Shown here piece by piece: positions 32,926 through 37,472 of a stretch of DNA of 37,472 nucleotides. A program made the translations under genes and the position numbers. The notes under the pieces were generated by a model. It searched no databases and was not told the origin of the DNA. It worked only from the letters and a program-made list of their open reading frames with translations. Each line of letters begins with the position of its first letter. Position 1 is the first letter of the stretch. The stretch spans positions 114,271,241-114,308,712 of the forward strand of contig NC_068981.1 in NCBI RefSeq assembly GCF_001194135.2. Reading direction: 5' to 3'. This DNA is from Octopus bimaculoides. Taxonomy: Eukaryota.

Positions 32926-35900
32926 TAAAAGAATATCTCTATCTTACTTGTTATTGACATCTGGAGTACTTCCAATTTCATAATGCTTTGCGGGTGACCA
33001 CAGTGGGCAACAGTATTAAAGTTGGGGTCGGGCAAAAGTAGAGTAGAGAAGGATGATGGTGTGAGCATCTCTAGACCAGAAAGTTGTCAGAATTCAAGAG
33101 CACATCTTGTGGACCAAGTCAGCCTTGCTGTTTACGTGGGAACTCCAGCTTAGATCGTTATCAACAATTACTCCAAGATCTCTGGTCTTGTTGGATGACA
33201 CTTGGGAGTCACCCGAGGGAAGGGCATATGGTAGTTTCAGAGTATCCTCTTTTCCAAAGTAGATCAAATTAAACTCATCTTCTTTTGGAAGCATATTGTT
33301 CTTCTCCGCTTATTGGACAACCGCAAACAGATCCAACTGAAGGCATGTTCAGTCTCCCATACTGTTTGTGGCCTTCTGGAACTTGGAATCATCTGGAAAT
33401 GTACAGTATTTGATGACGTCTACTATGTCATTGATATTGATAATGAAGAGGAGTTGACCCAACACAGTATCTTGTGAGACACCACTACTGACTTTGGCTG
33501 AGTTTGATCGGCTTCCCTCAACATGTTGAGTTCTGTTCGTCAGGAAACACTTTATCCACTGCAGCAGCTTTCCACGGACTCCAATGTTCGACAGTTTCTT
33601 CAGAAGGATTTTGTGATCCACTCTGTCAAATGCTTTGCTGAAATTAAGGTATATGTCATCAGTATTGGAGCCTTCTCTCAAAGATTTTAAAATGTCATCA
33701 AAATGGTGCAGAAGTTGCGACAGACAGCCCTTGCCATCACGGAAACTATACTGGTTGGGGTTCAGCAGATTGTTGTCTTCGAGGAAGTGGGTTAATCGCT
33801 ATCCCACCACCCTCTCAAATACTTAAATGATATGAGAGGTGAGTGAAATCGGACGGTAGTTCGCTGCAAGAGATTTGTTTCCCTTTTTGAAAACTGGAAC
33901 GACACACTGGAAAAGAAAATGTTCAGTCTGCATCAAATGAGTTCCTCCAGAGCTCACCTAGAGTGGGTGAAATTTGATGTCAACACATCTTCAGGACAGT
34001 GGCCGGGAACCTACCATGAACTACTGTCAAGTTGTGCTTGATCTTATTTCTGTTAGGATATCAGGAGCACCAAAAGTTATGTCAGATATGGTTAGTTGAG
34101 GGTTTACATCACTAATACTAGCCAGATTAACCGCATTAGGGTTAGTGGAAACACAGCAGTATAGTCTCTGCAGTATCTCGCGCATGGATTTTGCATCATC
34201 ATGTAGACTATTGTTCTTATCAACAGTGGAAACAGCGACATTATGTTTTTTTTTTGTTTGTTTTTCTTTGCAAATGATAAGAACACTTTGGGATTGAGTT
34301 TTATTTTCTCAACGACCCAATTCTTCTCAGCTTCTCTTTCGTTGTTTCTGGTGGTCATCATGCTATTTTGGAGGTTGTATTTTTTCGATTCGAGTAATGC
34401 AATGACAGTCGAATGGGTGCGTTGCTGCTGGCAGTATTTAAGTTGGTTGATTTTCTTGCTAATTCTTTTTATTTTTATGATAATTGCTCTTCTATTTCTA
34501 AGGATTCTGCACTTAGATTTGTTTACTGATCTTAATGGGATATGTTTTGCGCATTTATTTATTACAGTTTCTACAAATGTCTGTCACGATGTGTTTATGT
34601 TGGTGGGGATGTGTGTGCGTGCGTGAAGGCTCAATCAACTTGTGAAAGATCATGATTGATCGCATCCCATTCTGCATTATGAAGTTCCATAGTGTCAAAA
34701 GGATGGACTGGAGAGATGTCATTGGGTTTGATCACAGAGAACCATGTCATGGTCTGAGAGTAGTGGTGTTTTTTCCACTGCAATATTGTGGATAGTGTCA
34801 GTGTGGTTACTGAACTCTAGGTCCAAGATGTTTTTGTGAAACCTTGTTTTTTGATTTCATGGAAAAACTCATCCATGAAATCAAAAAGCAATTCGATTGC
34901 TTCTTTATCAGGGGTTGAGGTGGAAAAACCTGGTCTCCAGCTGTTTGTGAACCAATCAACACCGGGAAGGTTGAAGTTCCTCATCATTTAGTAGACATAT
35001 ATATGTTGTCAGCATAACACTGATGGATGAAACACTTAATACTGCAGCATAGTAGAGGTGTTAGGGGTGGCTTATAGAGCCCAACTACTATTAAATTGTT
35101 GGTTTTACTGTACACAGAAGCTGTTTCACAGTAGCCATTGGTAAATATATCCATTGCTGCAACCACAAAAGAATCATGCACGAAAATGGCGGTCCCACTC
35201 TTTCTTCTGCCAATACGATCTGCATAGATAGCTGTAAAATTCTTCACTCACATTTCAACTTCCCAGTGGGGGTTATTGAGATGGGTTTCAGTGAGGACGA
35301 ACAAAGTGATATGGTGTGGAGGGTCATTAACCCAATCCTCAAATTGGACCTTCTATTTTGGGGCATTGGTGGAAGGGCTGATGCCTTGTGCATTGAGCAA
35401 AAATGTTGAGGCGATAATGGTGGCTGATTTTGACTGTTTTCGTGATTAGCTTGTTAATGGCAGCAATGGGAGTTTGTGAAATAGGGTGGTGGTGGTGGGT
35501 GGCATTTTATGATGGCTAGAATGTTCTTTTGTAGTTCTTTTGCCGGATTCATTATGGCTAAAAAGAGAATTCTTCTGTTTGGGGAACTGGAAATGTTTGT
35601 ATTGGTTAGAGGTCCCGTTTATATTTTTATTTGTGCGAGGTGTCCCCGGGAGATGGGTAAATGGGCAATTATGCTGCAGACAAAATCCGTCACGCTGGGA
35701 ATAGCGACAGATTTTAGAGTTTCGTGTTACATGAGGTTTTGTTTATATAAGAACACACATATACAAGATATGTGTGTTGTTAGTTTCAGCCGCGGGTTTT
35801 AGGCGTAAGACAATATATTCTCTATGCGCCTAGTATTAAAAACACCTGAAAGTAAGTCATAGTCAAGCGAGAGAACTCACATCAGGTCCTTTCTAGGAGC

Positions 35901-36179
35901 GACAGATATCGATGTTTCGTCATTGTTTTCACTTATAATCAATGCCGCATACCGAACTAGACTCGCTGCAAGCCATATCACCAACAATGTTTATATTCTA
36001 AATGTTTTAAACATCATCTGATGGCATGTCCCAGCGTTTCATGTCACGGAAAAAATTCAAATATGAAATGGAAGCTGCTCGAGGTATATAAGCAAACACA
36101 TAACTTGTGCATGTGTAACAACGCACAAACCTTGTGTATGTGTTTGATGTGAGTTGTCTCACTTAACTGTGAATTGTTA

Positions 36180-36365
36180 CCGCGCCGGGAAAAATGTTGA
36201 GCAGTATTTCGTCCGTTCTCACATTCTGTGTCAAAATTCTGCTAAGACTGACTTTGCCTTTCATCCTTTCGAGGTCGGTAAAATAGCTACTTGTTGAGCA
36301 CTGGGGTCGATGTAATAGACTTACTCTGAAATTTCTGACCTTGTGCCACAATTTCAAACCAATGA
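36180..36365 (+). mobile_element. SINE family A, degenerate
   Basis: GACTTTGCCTTTCATCCTTTCGAGGTCGGTAAAAT core and CCTTGTGCCACAATTTCAAACC tail. Confidence 0.8.
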
Positions 36366-37394
36366 TCACTGGATGCGTTTCATCCTAGATTGCATTATAT
36401 TATCCTAAGCAGATTATATCAATAACCAATATATGGTCAAGAGATGATATTGAAATCTTTTGGCCATTGTTTACTTTGCTCAAGATCCTCCTCTGCCAAC
36501 ATGGTATCAGATACTATAAAATAAATTAACCATATTGATCTGAATCTACATTTACATAATGAGTATCTCATCGATATATAGGTAAGTGTGGTGAAGACTG
36601 ATGATATAATAATACAAAAACATACACAACGGTGATCTCATACTTCCCAAACAAATGAATGTAGATCATTGGTCTATACTGTTTCCTTCTTCTGCTAGTT
36701 CTAGTTTACTTTTTAATGCCTCCCTGCCTCATATGGTCTTGTGTACTGTCAATCGATACCAGCTTCGTATATTCATTTTATTAACTCTGGATATAAAATA
36801 ACTGATTCCGCTTGCTAAGATGTGGACATTACGAAGATAATTTTTACAGTTTACCATAAAGCATGGAAATAGGAACTTCTATATACATGCAAACCCACCC
36901 ATATGTATGGTTCTTTTGTGATAGAGGTACAATATATTTCATCAACAAAATGTTACAGCTAGACTTTTATTGTTCTTAGGAGAATAAAAAAACATGTTTA
37001 GCTGCTGTAAGATTTCACCGAAGAAATATATTGGCTAAATTGGAGTAAAGTTTCTTTCTGGGGTATGAGTACCTCTAACAATATTACAACCCATTTTACA
37101 GTTGATGAGTTTGTTTTGTTATTTTCCTCTATTACTACATCTTATCTCTACATTGACGCAGTAAAATTGAACAAAATCAAATCATTGTAAATATTTATAA
37201 ATGCCAGCAAGCTCTTTACATCACGAATGGCGGAAATTATGAGCGTGACTAAAAGGAACTAAGTTTACAGTTGGTGTGATAAATAAAATATTGGGTTATC
37301 GGCATTAAGTACTTGGCGCAAATGTATGTCGCTCTGTAGTCCTTTTTTCTATCTCATACACTGTCTCTTCCATTCACACACACTCTATCACTAC

Positions 37395-37472
37395 TCTACT
37401 CTCTCTCTCTCTTTCTCTCTTTCTCCTTCATATATGTGTGGCTCTGTACATGCATATATATATATATATATA
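37395..37472. repeat. (CT)n/(TA)n microsatellite
   Basis: Seen directly. Confidence 0.85.

Larger units (their letters stand above)
30880..35740 (-). mobile_element. CR1-like LINE (end of ORF1, APE endonuclease, RT, C-terminus and 3'UTR), degenerate, interrupted at ~31385-32925
   Basis: APE: ADRIGRRKSGTAIFVH...NNLIVVGLYKPP. RT: LAANYRPISLTSHII; DDIYLNFSKAFDRVDHKILLKKLSNIGVRGKLLQWIKCFLTNRTQ...SGVSQDTVLGQLLFIININD; RDLGVIVDNDLSWSSHV; RPQL*YCCPLWSP. C-terminus: RLKKLNLYSLQRHRE...FKSSLDKFL. Confidence 0.92.

Overview
AT-rich, microsatellite-rich eukaryotic scaffold with four N-gaps. The SINE families and repeat texture look like an octopus (coleoid cephalopod) genome; this is inference from pattern recognition, not a database result. 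The only host-gene sequence I can identify is a terminal coding exon (4014-4331, +) encoding the second CBS domain and tail of a CLC-6/7-type chloride transporter. The rest is mostly decayed and nested transposons. These are several Penelope-like elements (PLEs), four R4/Dong-clade and one HERO-like RLE-type non-LTR fragments, a long interrupted CR1-like LINE, an L1/Tx1-like remnant, a long-TIR MITE and over 20 tRNA-derived SINE copies of three families. The best observations are structural. (1) Three divergent R4/Dong copies share a 3'UTR hairpin supported by compensatory base changes. (2) Three PLE remnants each have a degenerate minimal hammerhead ribozyme downstream. (3) A 109-bp SINE piece was copied exactly from a donor 2.7 kb away into a LINE, with end-joining signatures. 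(4) One R4-clade copy has a (CATA)n tail instead of (TAA)n. TE boundaries are approximate unless stated otherwise. No prokaryote-type system, CRISPR array or intact autonomous TE ORF is supported.
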